64,000 nt of DNA from Thermodesulfobacteriota bacterium (GTDB lineage Bacteria; Desulfobacterota_D; UBA1144; Nemesobacterales; JAJCZQ01), in NCBI GenBank assembly GCA_965215275.1, contig OZ244044.1, positions 608,001-672,000 of the forward strand. The letters run 5' to 3'. Positions 10,378 through 20,810 of the stretch are shown one piece after another (within the stretch, counting starts at the first letter, position 1; every line of letters starts with the position of its first letter). A program made the position numbers and the translations under genes. The notes beneath the pieces are model-generated. The model saw only the letters and a list, made by a program, of their open reading frames with translations, was not told the origin of the DNA and ran no database searches.

Positions 10378-10869
10378 TTATTGTACGTATTTACCTTCTT
10401 TTTTAGTACTGTCTCTAGCGTCTTTTAAAACCTTTAATTCTCCTTTCATAAACTTTTTACCACTTTCATCCAAAAGATCCTTATTACTTAACATGTCTTC
10501 CGCTATTTCTATTAACTCATTTACTATCTTTAAAGAAAAATCCCTGTTATCCTGAGCTACTTCTGATTCCGGATCAATTTCTAACGCCTTATTAAAATCC
10601 ATAAGCGCCTCTTCATGATGTCCGAGCTTTACTTTACCAAACCCCCTGTTGGTATAGATCTCTGCCAGATAAGAACATCTTAATGATTCATCTTCTTTGT
10701 TAATTAAGTGACTGAGCTCTATAGCCTTGGTAAGGTCCTCAACTGCCTCTTCATACTGCTCCGTTTCAAGTTTAATACAACCTCTATAACTGTATGCTTC
10801 TTGACATTGAGGATTCTGCTCTATAGCTTTATCAAGTTTTTTAATAGCTTCTTTCTGCTTTTTAGTCAT
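10378..10869 (-). CDS. TPR-repeat protein
   Basis: AYSYRGCIK...AVEDLTKAIEL and IYTNRGFGK...ALMDFNKALEIDP; upstream AGGGG RBS-like sequence. Confidence 0.85.
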   Translation of the reverse strand: MTKKQKEAIKKLDKAIEQNPQCQEAYSYRGCIKLETEQYEEAVEDLTKAIELSHLINKEDESLRCSYLAEIYTNRGFGKVKLGHHEEALMDFNKALEIDPESEVAQDNRDFSLKIVNELIEIAEDMLSNKDLLDESGKKFMKGELKVLKDARDSTKKEGKYVQ

Positions 10870-10952
10870 TACTTACCCCTTTATCTTTTACCAACCTGTT
10901 CATTATAATTCCCTTTCAGTTCATTACAGGAACGGACCGATCAGAGGTTTGT

Positions 10953-11390
10953 TCAGCCCTGTTTATTAACCGTTATTTTCCCTGTGGTTACTAACTCATT
11001 GAGCAGTGAAGTCAGTTCCGCCTTCTGCTGAGCAAATTTTTGATCAAACCTTGCATCTTGCTCAGCGAACTTTGCATCTTGCTGATCAAATCTTGCATCT
11101 TGCTTTTTAGCAAAACTATCTACTATGCTTTCAACGTCCTGTCTGAATTCTTTACCCATTTCCTTCTCCTTAATACTTAACTGGTTATCTATATATACTC
11201 TGACAAAGAAAAACGCAGTTGCAACTATTGACGTTGCTAATAATACGAACGCAACTAAATTCGTTCTTAATTTGTCATAATAATTATCATAAGTAGATAT
11301 ACCAAAAACACATATACCAAGCACAAGGTATATAAATATTAAAGCAGTTAACCAACCATCTATTTTACGTTTAATATCTTCTCTTTCCAT
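10953..11390 (-). CDS. Hypothetical membrane protein (2 TM) with short heptad-like repeats
   Basis: Two hydrophobic segments, then KQDARFD-QQDAKFA-EQDARFD (21-bp DNA repeat, about 11030-11105). Confidence 0.7.
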   Translation of the reverse strand: MEREDIKRKIDGWLTALIFIYLVLGICVFGISTYDNYYDKLRTNLVAFVLLATSIVATAFFFVRVYIDNQLSIKEKEMGKEFRQDVESIVDSFAKKQDARFDQQDAKFAEQDARFDQKFAQQKAELTSLLNELVTTGKITVNKQG

Positions 11391-11587
11391 AGTAAATTTA
11401 TATCAGACCGAGAATGTTTAGTCAACATTTTTAGCTAATTAATTCCTCGTATTTTAGCCTCTTACCTTCTAATCCTTTAACAATGTTCTCCATCTGATCC
11501 ATAAGCAGGTAAAGGTCCGTTGTTATGCCGTCCAGCATAATCATCAACATGGCGTTACAGGTGTTTCTTGCTCATCTTGAAGTTTAT

Positions 11588-12238
11588 TTATGCCACTTTA
11601 TGGTATGAAGGACAGATATTTCCTATTTTACACCGGTCGCAAAGGGGCTTTCTTGATCTGCATATTGATCTTCCATGATCGCCAAGTGCGTTTGAAAAGA
11701 ACGTACAACTGCTTTCAGGAACGATCTTTCTGAGATCAGACTCTATCCTGACCGCGTCGGTACTTCTGGTAAGACCCAATCTTCTGCTAAGTCTTCCCAC
11801 GTGGGTATCTACGATAATTCCAGGCTTGCCATAATAGTTCCCTATGATCACGTTGGCGGTCTTTCTGCCAACCCCTTTTAACTTTACCAGTTCCTCAATA
11901 GTGTCTGGTGGTTCTCCATTGTGATCCTTAACAAGCGATCTGGTACATTCTATAATGGACCTTGCCTTGGCGTTATAAAACCCTGCTGACCTTATATCGT
12001 TCTTCAGTACCTCTATATCGGCTACAGAAAGCTCATGAGCATTTGGATACTTCTTAAAAAGGTCCTTCGTTATCTTGTTGACCCTTGCGTCCGTGCACCG
12101 TGCAGATAATATAGAACCGATCAGCAACTCGAAGGCGTTTTTAAAGTTCAGGTGGCACCTGGCGTTCGGGTACTCTTTTTTAAGGAAGGCAAGAACCTTC
12201 GTTAATCTCTCTTTTCTTTGTGACAAATCGACCTTCAA
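11588..12238 (-). CDS. nth: Endonuclease III
   Basis: HhH LKGVGRKTANV, VDTHV, FeS motif CRSRKPLCDRCKIGNIC. Confidence 0.95.
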   Translation of the reverse strand: MKVDLSQRKERLTKVLAFLKKEYPNARCHLNFKNAFELLIGSILSARCTDARVNKITKDLFKKYPNAHELSVADIEVLKNDIRSAGFYNAKARSIIECTRSLVKDHNGEPPDTIEELVKLKGVGRKTANVIIGNYYGKPGIIVDTHVGRLSRRLGLTRSTDAVRIESDLRKIVPESSCTFFSNALGDHGRSICRSRKPLCDRCKIGNICPSYHKVA

Positions 12239-12365
12239 CGCTGCACGGAAAGTAACAGAGGAACCTGATCAGCGTCAACCTCGTACTGAACGGAAAACGG
12301 CAGATACGTTTGAAACAAACCACCTTTATAAGGTCACACCTTATATGAACAGGTATTAACAGTAA

Positions 12366-12635
12366 CTAATCGTCTTTACGTGCGGGTTCCAGACCTTCTT
12401 TTCCGTCAAAGAAATCTTTGTTCATATCAATGAATTTCTGCCACTTTTCAGGAAGTTCATCTTCATGGTAGATAGCATCAACAGGACAGGGGTCCACGCA
12501 TGCCCCACAGTCTATACATTCCTCAGGATGAATAAAAAGCTGATCATCACCTTCATAAATGCAATCAACGGGACATGCCTCAACGCAGGCTTTATCTTTA
12601 ACGTTGATACACGGTTCAGCAATTATGTATGCCAT
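12366..12635 (-). CDS. fdxA: Ferredoxin (7Fe type)
   Basis: [18 protein letters not shown] and [12 protein letters not shown]. Confidence 0.92.
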   Translation of the reverse strand: MAYIIAEPCINVKDKACVEACPVDCIYEGDDQLFIHPEECIDCGACVDPCPVDAIYHEDELPEKWQKFIDMNKDFFDGKEGLEPARKDD

Positions 12636-12721
12636 CTAACAGTACCTCTCCAATGCAGTAATTAAGTGATCTAACCGTAGAAATAATACTTTATTTGTCA
12701 AGAATAAAAAGATTCTGTGTA

Positions 12722-13183
12722 TTATTTACTTTCAGGAACTTTACTTTTCATCTGACCGTCAGGCTTTCTATTCCTGTTCAGTCCGGCCTCCGGCGTGCCA
12801 GGTCCATCCGGAGCAACGGGAGATTCCATTAAAAAGTCCACGTCCGTACCTTCATCCACGTCAGTATCCGAAACGGGGGCTTCCCGATCGTCAGAAATGA
12901 TCTCCTGGATCTCCGACGTTCCTTCAATTACGGAAGACTGTGTCTTCTGAATGGAAAAATACCCTAAGGATAAAGAAGTAATAAAGAAAACCACGGCAAG
13001 CAGTCTGGTCAGTTTTGCCAGGAAAGGGACCGCACCACTCGCGCCAAAAACCGATTCCGAGGTCCCTCCTCCAAAGACCGAGCCCAGATCACCAGACTTC
13101 CCGGGCTGCAGAAGTACCACGAGTACCAATATCAAACTCACTAATATATGAACTATTTCCACTACCGGTATTATAAACTGCAC
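12722..13183 (-). CDS. secG: Preprotein translocase subunit SecG
   Basis: LVVLLQPGK..DLGSVFGGG, two TM helices, directly downstream of tpiA. Confidence 0.92.
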   Translation of the reverse strand: MQFIIPVVEIVHILVSLILVLVVLLQPGKSGDLGSVFGGGTSESVFGASGAVPFLAKLTRLLAVVFFITSLSLGYFSIQKTQSSVIEGTSEIQEIISDDREAPVSDTDVDEGTDVDFLMESPVAPDGPGTPEAGLNRNRKPDGQMKSKVPESK

Positions 13184-13189
13184 TGTAAA

Positions 13190-13948
13190 CTAACTCCCTA
13201 TGATCTCGATCAGATTTATAAACGACTCGGCATTAAGACTGGCCCCGCCGATCAACGCCCCTTTGGCGTCCTGTGCCTTAAGTATTAAGTTAATATTATC
13301 CTGATTAACGCTCCCACCGTAAATTATCCTTATATTATCCGCATCCTTGCCGAATAGTTCAATTAATTTATCCCTTATCTCTTTATGTGACCGCTCGATC
13401 TCCTCAGGAGTGGCATTATTACCCGTTCCGACCGCCCATATCGGTTCATAGGCAACAACTATATTTTCTGCATTATCACCCTTGACGTCCTGAAGTGCAC
13501 TTTCTATCTGACGTCTTAAAACGATCGGCGTCATCCCTTTTTCTCTCTGTACCAGGGTTTCACCTATACAGATGATCGTCTTTAATCCCGCACTCAGGGA
13601 CGCAAGGACCTTCTTTCTTACGTCGTAGTCTGTTTCACCAAGGATCTGTCTCCTTTCCGAATGCCCAACGATCACCCAGGAGCAGCCTATATCCACCAGC
13701 ATCGCGGGAGATATCTCTCCAGTATAAGCTCCGGAGTCTTCCCAAAAAACGTTCTGTGCTCCCAGTGACACGTCCGTATGGTTTATGACCCTGTGAACGA
13801 TCTCCATGTTCGTAAACGGAGGGGCCAGGACGATCTCAAATTTCAGATGTGCAGGACTTACCATGTTTAAAATAGATTTCGTCAAGAACTCAGCTTCTTC
13901 TCTAAGAAGGTTCATCTTCCAATTAGCCACTATTAACTTTTTCTTCAT
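13190..13948 (-). CDS. tpiA: Triosephosphate isomerase
   Basis: NWKMN, GHSERR, AYEPIWAVGTG, YGGSV, LIGGASL. Confidence 0.97.
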   Translation of the reverse strand: MKKKLIVANWKMNLLREEAEFLTKSILNMVSPAHLKFEIVLAPPFTNMEIVHRVINHTDVSLGAQNVFWEDSGAYTGEISPAMLVDIGCSWVIVGHSERRQILGETDYDVRKKVLASLSAGLKTIICIGETLVQREKGMTPIVLRRQIESALQDVKGDNAENIVVAYEPIWAVGTGNNATPEEIERSHKEIRDKLIELFGKDADNIRIIYGGSVNQDNINLILKAQDAKGALIGGASLNAESFINLIEIIGS

Positions 13949-14159
13949 TTAAAACTCGGATCGGGTGGATTTTAATAATGTAACGCTCTTTTACAGGTAC
14001 CGTGTCGATAATAATAACAGAGAAAAAAAGTAATTAAAGAACTCTCACTATACACACCTTCTCAAAAAGGTAAAAAACTTTTTTCATAACTGCAGACACT
14101 TAACGATCAGAACGTTTAAGTTCAGGCCGAAGCGGCACAGGCCGCCAAGGTCGTCCGGT

Positions 14160-15305
14160 CTACCGTCCAGGCTGATCAAAATACTCTTTCAGTCGTCCCA
14201 TTCCTTTCTGTATCATTTCCACGGAAGTTGCATACGAGAACCTTATATAGCCTTCACCTCCGCCGCCAAAATCGATCCCGGGAGCAACGCCGACCCCGGC
14301 CCTGTTTAAAATATCAAACGCAATTGCCTTGGAGTCCATGCCTATTTCTGAAACGTTTAAAAATATATAAAAGGCCCCGTCCGGCTTATAACTGAGAGCA
14401 AAGCCCAGTTCCTCTATACCTTTGAGCATCTCTATCCTTCTCCTGTTAAAGACCTCCACCATGTTCATGTCTTCCAGACCGACCCCCTGCAGTGCCTCTA
14501 CTCCAGCTCTTTGAACAAAAGGATTTGCCGAGATAAAGAGATTTTGCTGGAGTTTCTGAACAAAACGAACAAAGCCGGCAGGTGCGATAATATAGCCAAG
14601 CCTCCAGCCCGTCATTGCATATAACTTGGAAAATCCGTTTATCACAAAGGCATTATCGGTAAATTCCAGGATCGATCTTGCTTTTTTACCGTATTCCAGC
14701 CCGTGATAGATCTCGTCTGAAATCACCATAATCCCCATATCCGCGATCTTGCTGATCAGGAACGGGTCCATCGTAACGCCCGTCGGGTTCGCAGGGGAAT
14801 TTATAATAACGGCTTTCGTTCTTTTCGTTATCGCCTTTTTCACGTCAGATATTTCCACCTGAAATCCATTTTCCTCATATATCCTTACTTTTTTAGGCAC
14901 TCCTCCCGCGACCTTGATTATCTGGGGATAGCACGAGTAATGAGGGTCGGTGATAATTATTTCATCACCGGGATCTATGACCGCCGTTACAGCAAGGAAC
15001 AGTGCCGGGGAACTTCCAAGCGTGACAATAACGTTCTCAGGACCTATACTCCGTCCATAAGCACCTTTATAGCTGCTGACGATGGCATCTCTGAGCTCCG
15101 ATATCCCGACGCTCTCCGTATATTTGGTCTCGCCCCTTTTGATCGATTCTATTGCGGCGCTGCATATATCATCGTGAGTTGCAAAATCAGGTTCCCCAAC
15201 CTCAAAATGTATGATGTCTTTCCCTTCTCTTTCAAGCCTTTTTGCACGTTCAAGGACCTCCATGACGTAAAAGGGGGAAAGATGCTTTGCCAGTTTGGAA
15301 GGCAT
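14160..15305 (-). CDS. PLP-dependent aminotransferase class I/II (aspartate aminotransferase-like)
   Basis: GEPDF, NSPANPTG, SDEIY, GFSKLYAMTGWRLG. Confidence 0.92.
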   Translation of the reverse strand: MPSKLAKHLSPFYVMEVLERAKRLEREGKDIIHFEVGEPDFATHDDICSAAIESIKRGETKYTESVGISELRDAIVSSYKGAYGRSIGPENVIVTLGSSPALFLAVTAVIDPGDEIIITDPHYSCYPQIIKVAGGVPKKVRIYEENGFQVEISDVKKAITKRTKAVIINSPANPTGVTMDPFLISKIADMGIMVISDEIYHGLEYGKKARSILEFTDNAFVINGFSKLYAMTGWRLGYIIAPAGFVRFVQKLQQNLFISANPFVQRAGVEALQGVGLEDMNMVEVFNRRRIEMLKGIEELGFALSYKPDGAFYIFLNVSEIGMDSKAIAFDILNRAGVGVAPGIDFGGGGEGYIRFSYATSVEMIQKGMGRLKEYFDQPGR

Positions 15306-15316
15306 AAGATAACCGG

Positions 15317-15826
15317 TTATTTAAGGATCAGAGCTTTTTTGATCTTTCTTTTAAACAGCTGCTTTTTAAGTCCTGACATCCTGTCAAAGAACATTATTCC
15401 GTCCAGATGATCTATTTCATGCTGTAAAACCCTGGAAAGAAAATCAGAAGCTTCAACCACCACTGTATTACCATTTCTGTTAAAAGCCTCCACGACGATG
15501 CTTGCTTTCCTTTTAATGGTGCTTTTAAAACCCGGCAGGCTCAGACACCCTTCTTCGCTCATCTGAGAACCATCTGACCGGATAATCTCAGGGTTGATGA
15601 ACTCCTGGGTATTTTTCCTGCCATCTCCCACAAAATCAACGTCAACGACCACTGCCCTGATGTTCTCACCTACCTGCGGTCCCGCCAGTCCGACGCCTTG
15701 TGCCTTGTACATTGTCTCTGCCATATCATCGAGCAGTCTGTGAAGAACGCCGTCGAAACTATTGACCGAGGCAGACCTTTTTGTCAGTCTGCGGTCAGGA
15801 TAAACCAGTATTTCACGTAAAGACAT
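15317..15826 (-). CDS. def: Peptide deformylase
   Basis: GVGLAGPQVG, EGCLS, QHEIDHLDG. Confidence 0.97.
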   Translation of the reverse strand: MSLREILVYPDRRLTKRSASVNSFDGVLHRLLDDMAETMYKAQGVGLAGPQVGENIRAVVVDVDFVGDGRKNTQEFINPEIIRSDGSQMSEEGCLSLPGFKSTIKRKASIVVEAFNRNGNTVVVEASDFLSRVLQHEIDHLDGIMFFDRMSGLKKQLFKRKIKKALILK

Positions 15827-15922
15827 TATAACTTTGAAAGATAATATATAAATAACCGTCTCAAGGCTGAAACCGGGACCCGTCCGGGACAGTCAAGACC
15901 TGGCTTTACCCGAAGTGAACGA

Positions 15923-16198
15923 TCAGCCGTTTATTCGCTTAACGAGTTCTCTGCTCACTTTGAAACGAGGGAGTTTCTTGTCAGGTACGTGAACGTGCTC
16001 GCCGGTCCTTGGGTTCCTGCCTTCGTACGAGCGGTATCCTTTAGTGAAGAAACTGCCGAATTCCCTGATCTCAATGCGCCCATCTTTTTTAAGAACGTCC
16101 AACATGCTCTCTATAAGAACGTTCAATATGCTCTCAGACTGCTCCGGCTGTAATTCAAACTTTTCAGCGATTTCCTTTTCTATATCAGACTTTCTCAT
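15923..16198 (-). CDS. ihfB: Integration host factor beta / HU-family DNA-binding protein
   Basis: RIEIREFGSF, GRNPRTGE, PRFK. Confidence 0.8.
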   Translation of the reverse strand: MRKSDIEKEIAEKFELQPEQSESILNVLIESMLDVLKKDGRIEIREFGSFFTKGYRSYEGRNPRTGEHVHVPDKKLPRFKVSRELVKRING

Positions 16199-16344
16199 CC
16201 GATCTCACGCTACCAGTAAACGGTTTTGTAAACTATTTGCTTTAAATCCGTTTGTCAAGTATATGTTTTCAGGTCCATTGGATCTTTTCAGATAAATTAC
16301 AGGTCCTAAAACGCGAGGTAAGTCGGCCAGAAGACAGATAACTG

Positions 16345-17250
16345 ATGAGCAAGGTTGAAAAATTCCTGAACGAAGCTGAACGACTTAAAGAAGATGGTAA
16401 ATTTGCCGAGGCACTGTCCACGCTGAACAAGGCCAATAAGATCTCTCCCAACAACCCCTGCGTGTTCCTGTCATACGCGGTCACCTATGATATGATGAAC
16501 CAGCTTGAAAGTTCAGCGGGATATTTTTCCAAGGCACTGAAACTGGAACCGGACAACCCCACGATATTAACCCATTACGGTATAACGCTCTGTAAGACAC
16601 ACAAGTACGAAGAGGCGATCGTTACCTTTAAAAAAGCACTTCACACGGACCCTGACCACTCCTTTGCAAAATGGCATTTAGGGATCACCTACAGAACGAT
16701 CGGACTTTATGAAGACGCCACCAGGCTGATGAAGGAGTGTCTGGCCTCCGATCATGAGGACTTTGCAGACGAGATACACTACCAGCTGGGTTCAGGTTAT
16801 TACGACATGGGATGGACCTAGGAGGCGATCAGGGAGTTCAAGGCCCATCTTGAGATAGTTCCTGACGACCCGTGGGCAAACCTGTCCCTGGGCAACTGTT
16901 TTTTAGACATGGGATGGGTCGATGAAGCAATTAAAAGATTTCAGGGGATCATCAGTCTTGATCCCGAGTTCATCCCTTCATACAACGCACTTGCCTTTTC
17001 TTTTGCTGAAAAAGGATGGTACAAGGAAGCCCTTGAGGTCCTGAAGGACGCACAGAGGATATCCCCAGAAGATCAGATGATAAAGGACAGTATTGACTAT
17101 ATAGAATCACTGATCGATAACGGTAATAAAACCGTAATGCTGATATATATACTGCTGAAGATCCATGCTGACGGCTTAAAAAAGCGGCGGGATCAATGGA
17201 CGGAGAAGCAAAGCAGGGAAGCTAAAACGTACTACCGCAGGCAGGTTTAA
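16345..17250 (+). pseudogene. TPR-repeat protein interrupted by one in-frame TAG at 16819-16821
   Basis: ORFs 16345..16821 and 16909..17250 share a frame. The intervening codons read *EAIREFKAHLEIVPDDPWANLSLGNCFLD, continuing the TPR pattern. Confidence 0.8.
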
Positions 17251-18275
17251 CCACTGCCTGGATTAAGGATCACCTTCAGGCTTTCCTTTGACCCTTCCGC
17301 TATATTAAAACCTTTCATACCTTCATCAAGAGGAAGGCGGTGAGTTATCATATCCGCAAGGTTGAGCCTCCTGTGCCTTATCAGGTCCAGTGCTAATTTC
17401 AGGTCTTTTGGTGCCGCCGCATATGAACTTATGATCTTAACTCCCGACCACCACAGGTCATTAAAGTTGATCTTCAGTTCGTACCGGGGGTCGGACGGAG
17501 CAAAGAACAGTATGGTCCCGCCTTTTTCAACGATGGATAACGCCAGATCGATGGCCGATCCGGCACCGGTGCAGACGATCACAAGGTCCATGAGTGCATT
17601 CGTATCTTTTTTTATCTTTCTGGAAATATCCTTATCAGACGCCGTGTAAACCCGGTCGGCACCAAATCTTTCCGCCATCCTGAGCTTAAATTCATTTACA
17701 TCGACGGCACAGGTATATCCCGCTCCCTGACCTATGGCGTACTGTAGATTTAACATACCCGTAACGCCGCTCCCGATCACGGCCGTGCTCATCCCGACCT
17801 CAAAACCCGCAAGCCTGTGACCTCTTACCACGCAGCCAAGTGGTTCGGTAAAAGAACCTTCATCACAGGAAACGTCATCGGGGAGCAGGAACGTTCCACT
17901 GTTCACGTTCATCTGCGGAAGTCTGATATACTCTGAAAATCCACCCGGGTCGAAATACGTCTCTTTAATGTACGGACAGACCGTATGACGGTCAGAAAGA
18001 CAGTAATTACAGGTATTGCAGGGAACATGATGGGTTGCAACTATCCTGTCACCCTTTCTGAACTCAGACACACACCTACCGGTCGCAACGACCCGGCCGG
18101 CTACCTCGTGTCCCAGAACAAGTGGTGCCTTTGGCAGTCTGTACCATTCCATGAGGTCGCTGCCGCATATTCCACTTGACTCGACCTTCATCAGGATCTC
18201 ACCATCCTTTATTTCAGGGACCGGTCGCTCCTCTAATCTGATATCGTGATTGTTATAATAGGTCAGGACCTTCAT
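17247..18275 (-). CDS. Zinc-dependent alcohol/polyol dehydrogenase (MDR family)
   Basis: CGSD, GHE, CxxCxxC...C structural Zn site, GSGVTG. Confidence 0.92.
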   Translation of the reverse strand: MKVLTYYNNHDIRLEERPVPEIKDGEILMKVESSGICGSDLMEWYRLPKAPLVLGHEVAGRVVATGRCVSEFRKGDRIVATHHVPCNTCNYCLSDRHTVCPYIKETYFDPGGFSEYIRLPQMNVNSGTFLLPDDVSCDEGSFTEPLGCVVRGHRLAGFEVGMSTAVIGSGVTGMLNLQYAIGQGAGYTCAVDVNEFKLRMAERFGADRVYTASDKDISRKIKKDTNALMDLVIVCTGAGSAIDLALSIVEKGGTILFFAPSDPRYELKINFNDLWWSGVKIISSYAAAPKDLKLALDLIRHRRLNLADMITHRLPLDEGMKGFNIAEGSKESLKVILNPGSG

Positions 18276-18309
18276 GGCGATTTGGGGTTTTAAAAAGCCT
18301 GAACTGTAT

Positions 18310-19107
18310 TTACTGCTCGTTGTTTTTTACCGACCTGAACAGTTCAAGTGCTTTTTCCGGGCCGTTATCCTCGTGCACTATGGATCTGATCGCCCTTATC
18401 ATGGCAACCGGATGGTCATGCTGCCAGATATTCCTTCCCATATCCACGCCCGCTGCTCCCTTGTTCACGGCATCGTGCACCATATTAAAGACGTCCATTT
18501 CAGTTTCAAGCTTAGGTCCGCCTGCAATTACAACGGGTACAGGACAGCTTGACGTTACTTTCTCAAAATCCTCGCAGTAATAGGTCTTTACTATATGCGC
18601 CCCAAGTTCCGCACAGATCCGGCAGCAGAGGGACAGATATCTCGAATCCCGTTTTTCAAGTTCCTTACCCACGGCCGTTATACCGAGCACGGGAATTCCA
18701 TATCTTTCTCCCTGGTTTACCAGTTCAGCAAGGTTCAAGAGCGTCTGTTTTTCGAACTTAGTACCAACGAACACCGACAGCCCTACCCCAACGACGTTCA
18801 GTCTTATGGCCTCTTCAAAGGAAGTGGTCAGTCCCTCATCCTCCAGATGTGGTCCGGTTATACTGGTTCCCCCGGATACCCTGAGCACCACGTTAGCTCC
18901 CGAGTCGGGATCAATGGAAGTTCGTAAAACCCCTCTTGTCAGCATAATGGTGTCTGCATAAGGAATGAGCGGCGTTATGGTCTGCCTTGGTATCTCCAGT
19001 CTGTGAGTGGGTCCCAGGAAATATCCATGGTCGAGAGCGAGCATGACGGACCTTCCCGTTTCAGGCTGAATTATTTTAGATAATCTGTTCTTCATCCCCC
19101 AGTCCAT
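18310..19107 (-). CDS. lsrF: LsrF-like class I aldolase/thiolase (DhnA family)
   Basis: MDWGMKNRL start at 19107 (GAGGTG RBS), ALDHGYFLGP, ELGAHIVKTYY, AGGPK, DMGRNIWQ. Confidence 0.85.
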   Translation of the reverse strand: MDWGMKNRLSKIIQPETGRSVMLALDHGYFLGPTHRLEIPRQTITPLIPYADTIMLTRGVLRTSIDPDSGANVVLRVSGGTSITGPHLEDEGLTTSFEEAIRLNVVGVGLSVFVGTKFEKQTLLNLAELVNQGERYGIPVLGITAVGKELEKRDSRYLSLCCRICAELGAHIVKTYYCEDFEKVTSSCPVPVVIAGGPKLETEMDVFNMVHDAVNKGAAGVDMGRNIWQHDHPVAMIRAIRSIVHEDNGPEKALELFRSVKNNEQ

Positions 19108-19251
19108 AGTTATCACCTCACAGGTTCTGTCAGTTTTACAGGGGAAGTATATATTCAACTAAGCAGAAATAAAAGATGGATACTGTATATTTATAGTTAT
19201 TAACTGATCCGTTGATCAGGATCTTTACAGTATGAGATATTATTTATGCAC

Positions 19252-19281
19252 TTGACATTCGGTCATTATACAGAGTAGAAT
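19252..19281 (+). promoter_or_regulatory. Sigma70-like promoter of surface-protein cassette B
   Basis: TTGACA-N18-TAGAAT; the CACTTGACATTCG.TCAT.ATA block recurs at 25463, 33683 and 44380. Confidence 0.7.
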
Positions 19282-19291
19282 AATCATTAAT

Positions 19292-20606
19292 ATGTCATTC
19301 AGAACAATACCCCCCCCCGTCTAATCTGTTAATCCATTTTTTCTTTCTTCTGTGTTTTGTATCCATTGAGGCATATGGTCAGAGCGATAATGATTGTGGT
19401 GGTGCATCCAGTGCGGCTATTGAAGCCACGTTGCAGCTGGACGGAATGCAGCAAGAGGGGGGTTTTGTCAGCGGTGGAATGCATTACTATCAGATAGACG
19501 TAACGACCCCTGTTATAGCAAATATAAGGATAGGTATATTAGTTTCTTTCAGCACTCGAGAAAAAAGTTTACAGCTGTGTGACAGCAATTATGATCTGAT
19601 AGACATTGATACTTTTGGAACTGAAAGATCTACTGGGAATATTTCAGCTCGCCTCAGAACGGGAACGTACTATGCCGTTGTGAAAGTTGGTGATACTGTG
19701 GGATACAGGGTTTCAGTTGCAACGGTCGTTAATAACTGTGACGCCAGTACAAGTACAGAAGACACGCTGGAGGTTGACGGAGGTCCGAAAAACGGAAGTC
19801 TGAGCACAGGTGAACTGGATTACTTTCAGTTAGACGTAACGGATGATACCGTAATAGATATAGAGATGGATGAACTATCATCCACCACCAGGGTCTCAAT
19901 ACAGCTGTGTGACAGCAGTGACGGTCTTATAGCCAGTGATACTTTTGGACAGTTTATTGACAGAACTGCCGGTACCATCAGGGCTTTTGTCAGAACGGGA
20001 ACGTACTACGTCTACGTGGGAAGCAATAGTGCTGTATCGTACAGGGTTTCAGTTGCAACGGCTGATGACTGTGACTTCAGTGAAACTGCTGAAGCCACGT
20101 TGATGGTGGACGCGGCGGCACATGATGGAAAGTTAAGTGCCGGTGATGAGCTTCATTATTTTCAGATAGGTCCAGCAAACGATATCAGTGTAACCATAGA
20201 GGCAGTTTTCACCCATGATAACCCTGATAACAGTTTACAGCTGTGTGACGGCAGTGATGATCTGATAGACGTTAGTGCTGACAGTATTTCAGCTCTTCTA
20301 ATACAGGGAACGAGTTACTATATAGTTGTGGGAAGCAGTGCTCCTAATGATTATATGCTTACAGTCGAAGAAAGAGATACTGATCCTCCGCCTCCTCCGA
20401 CACCGCCACCACCACCAAGACCAGACCCACCATCACCAGACCCAAGTCCAAGAGCATCAGATACTGAAGCTGGAGGTGGTGGAGGGTGTGCGATCTCAGA
20501 TCAGAACGAAGCTGTTTACGATCTGCTCGCAGCAGTGGCATCTCTGATGCTTATACCCGTATCTGTAGTTATAAGAAGGAAGATAAGGTCTCATATAAAA
20601 ACTTAG
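19292..20606 (+). CDS. Surface protein copy B: three PPC-like repeats, Pro-rich linker, GGGGC-TM-basic anchor, no protease domain; frameshifted at the 5' poly-C
   Basis: Three repeats (YFQ.D...SLQLCD...GTYY.VV), PPPPPTPPPPP linker, GGGGGCAISDQ..LMLIPVSVVIRRK..IKT. Confidence 0.8.
19310..19318 (+). repeat. Poly-C (C9) tract after the start codon; candidate phase-variation switch, currently OFF
   Basis: ATG 19292 TCA TTC AGA ACA ATA C9 GTC TAA. C8 or C11 would join the signal peptide PSNLLIHFFFLLCFVSIEAYG-Q in frame with ORF 19431. Confidence 0.75.
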
Positions 20607-20810
20607 CGATCATTCATTTCCAATGCACTGAACTAACTGAAGTTTTTCCGTCAGATATAAATTCGTTAAGAACATTGTCTTCGTTCATTCAGAATAGCTT
20701 TATATATTGTTCCTTTTACAAAGTCAGGGTCGTATTTAAGCAAAACCAAAGGTCTATCAAAGAAAAGTGGTCACACCACTTACGGGAGGAGCAGGAGAAA
20801 AAACCTGAGA

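Noticed and set aside
16819..16821. Pyrrolysine or genome-wide TAG recoding
   Set aside because: No pyl genes are seen, and TAG ends intact genes such as polA, fdxA and the surface proteins.
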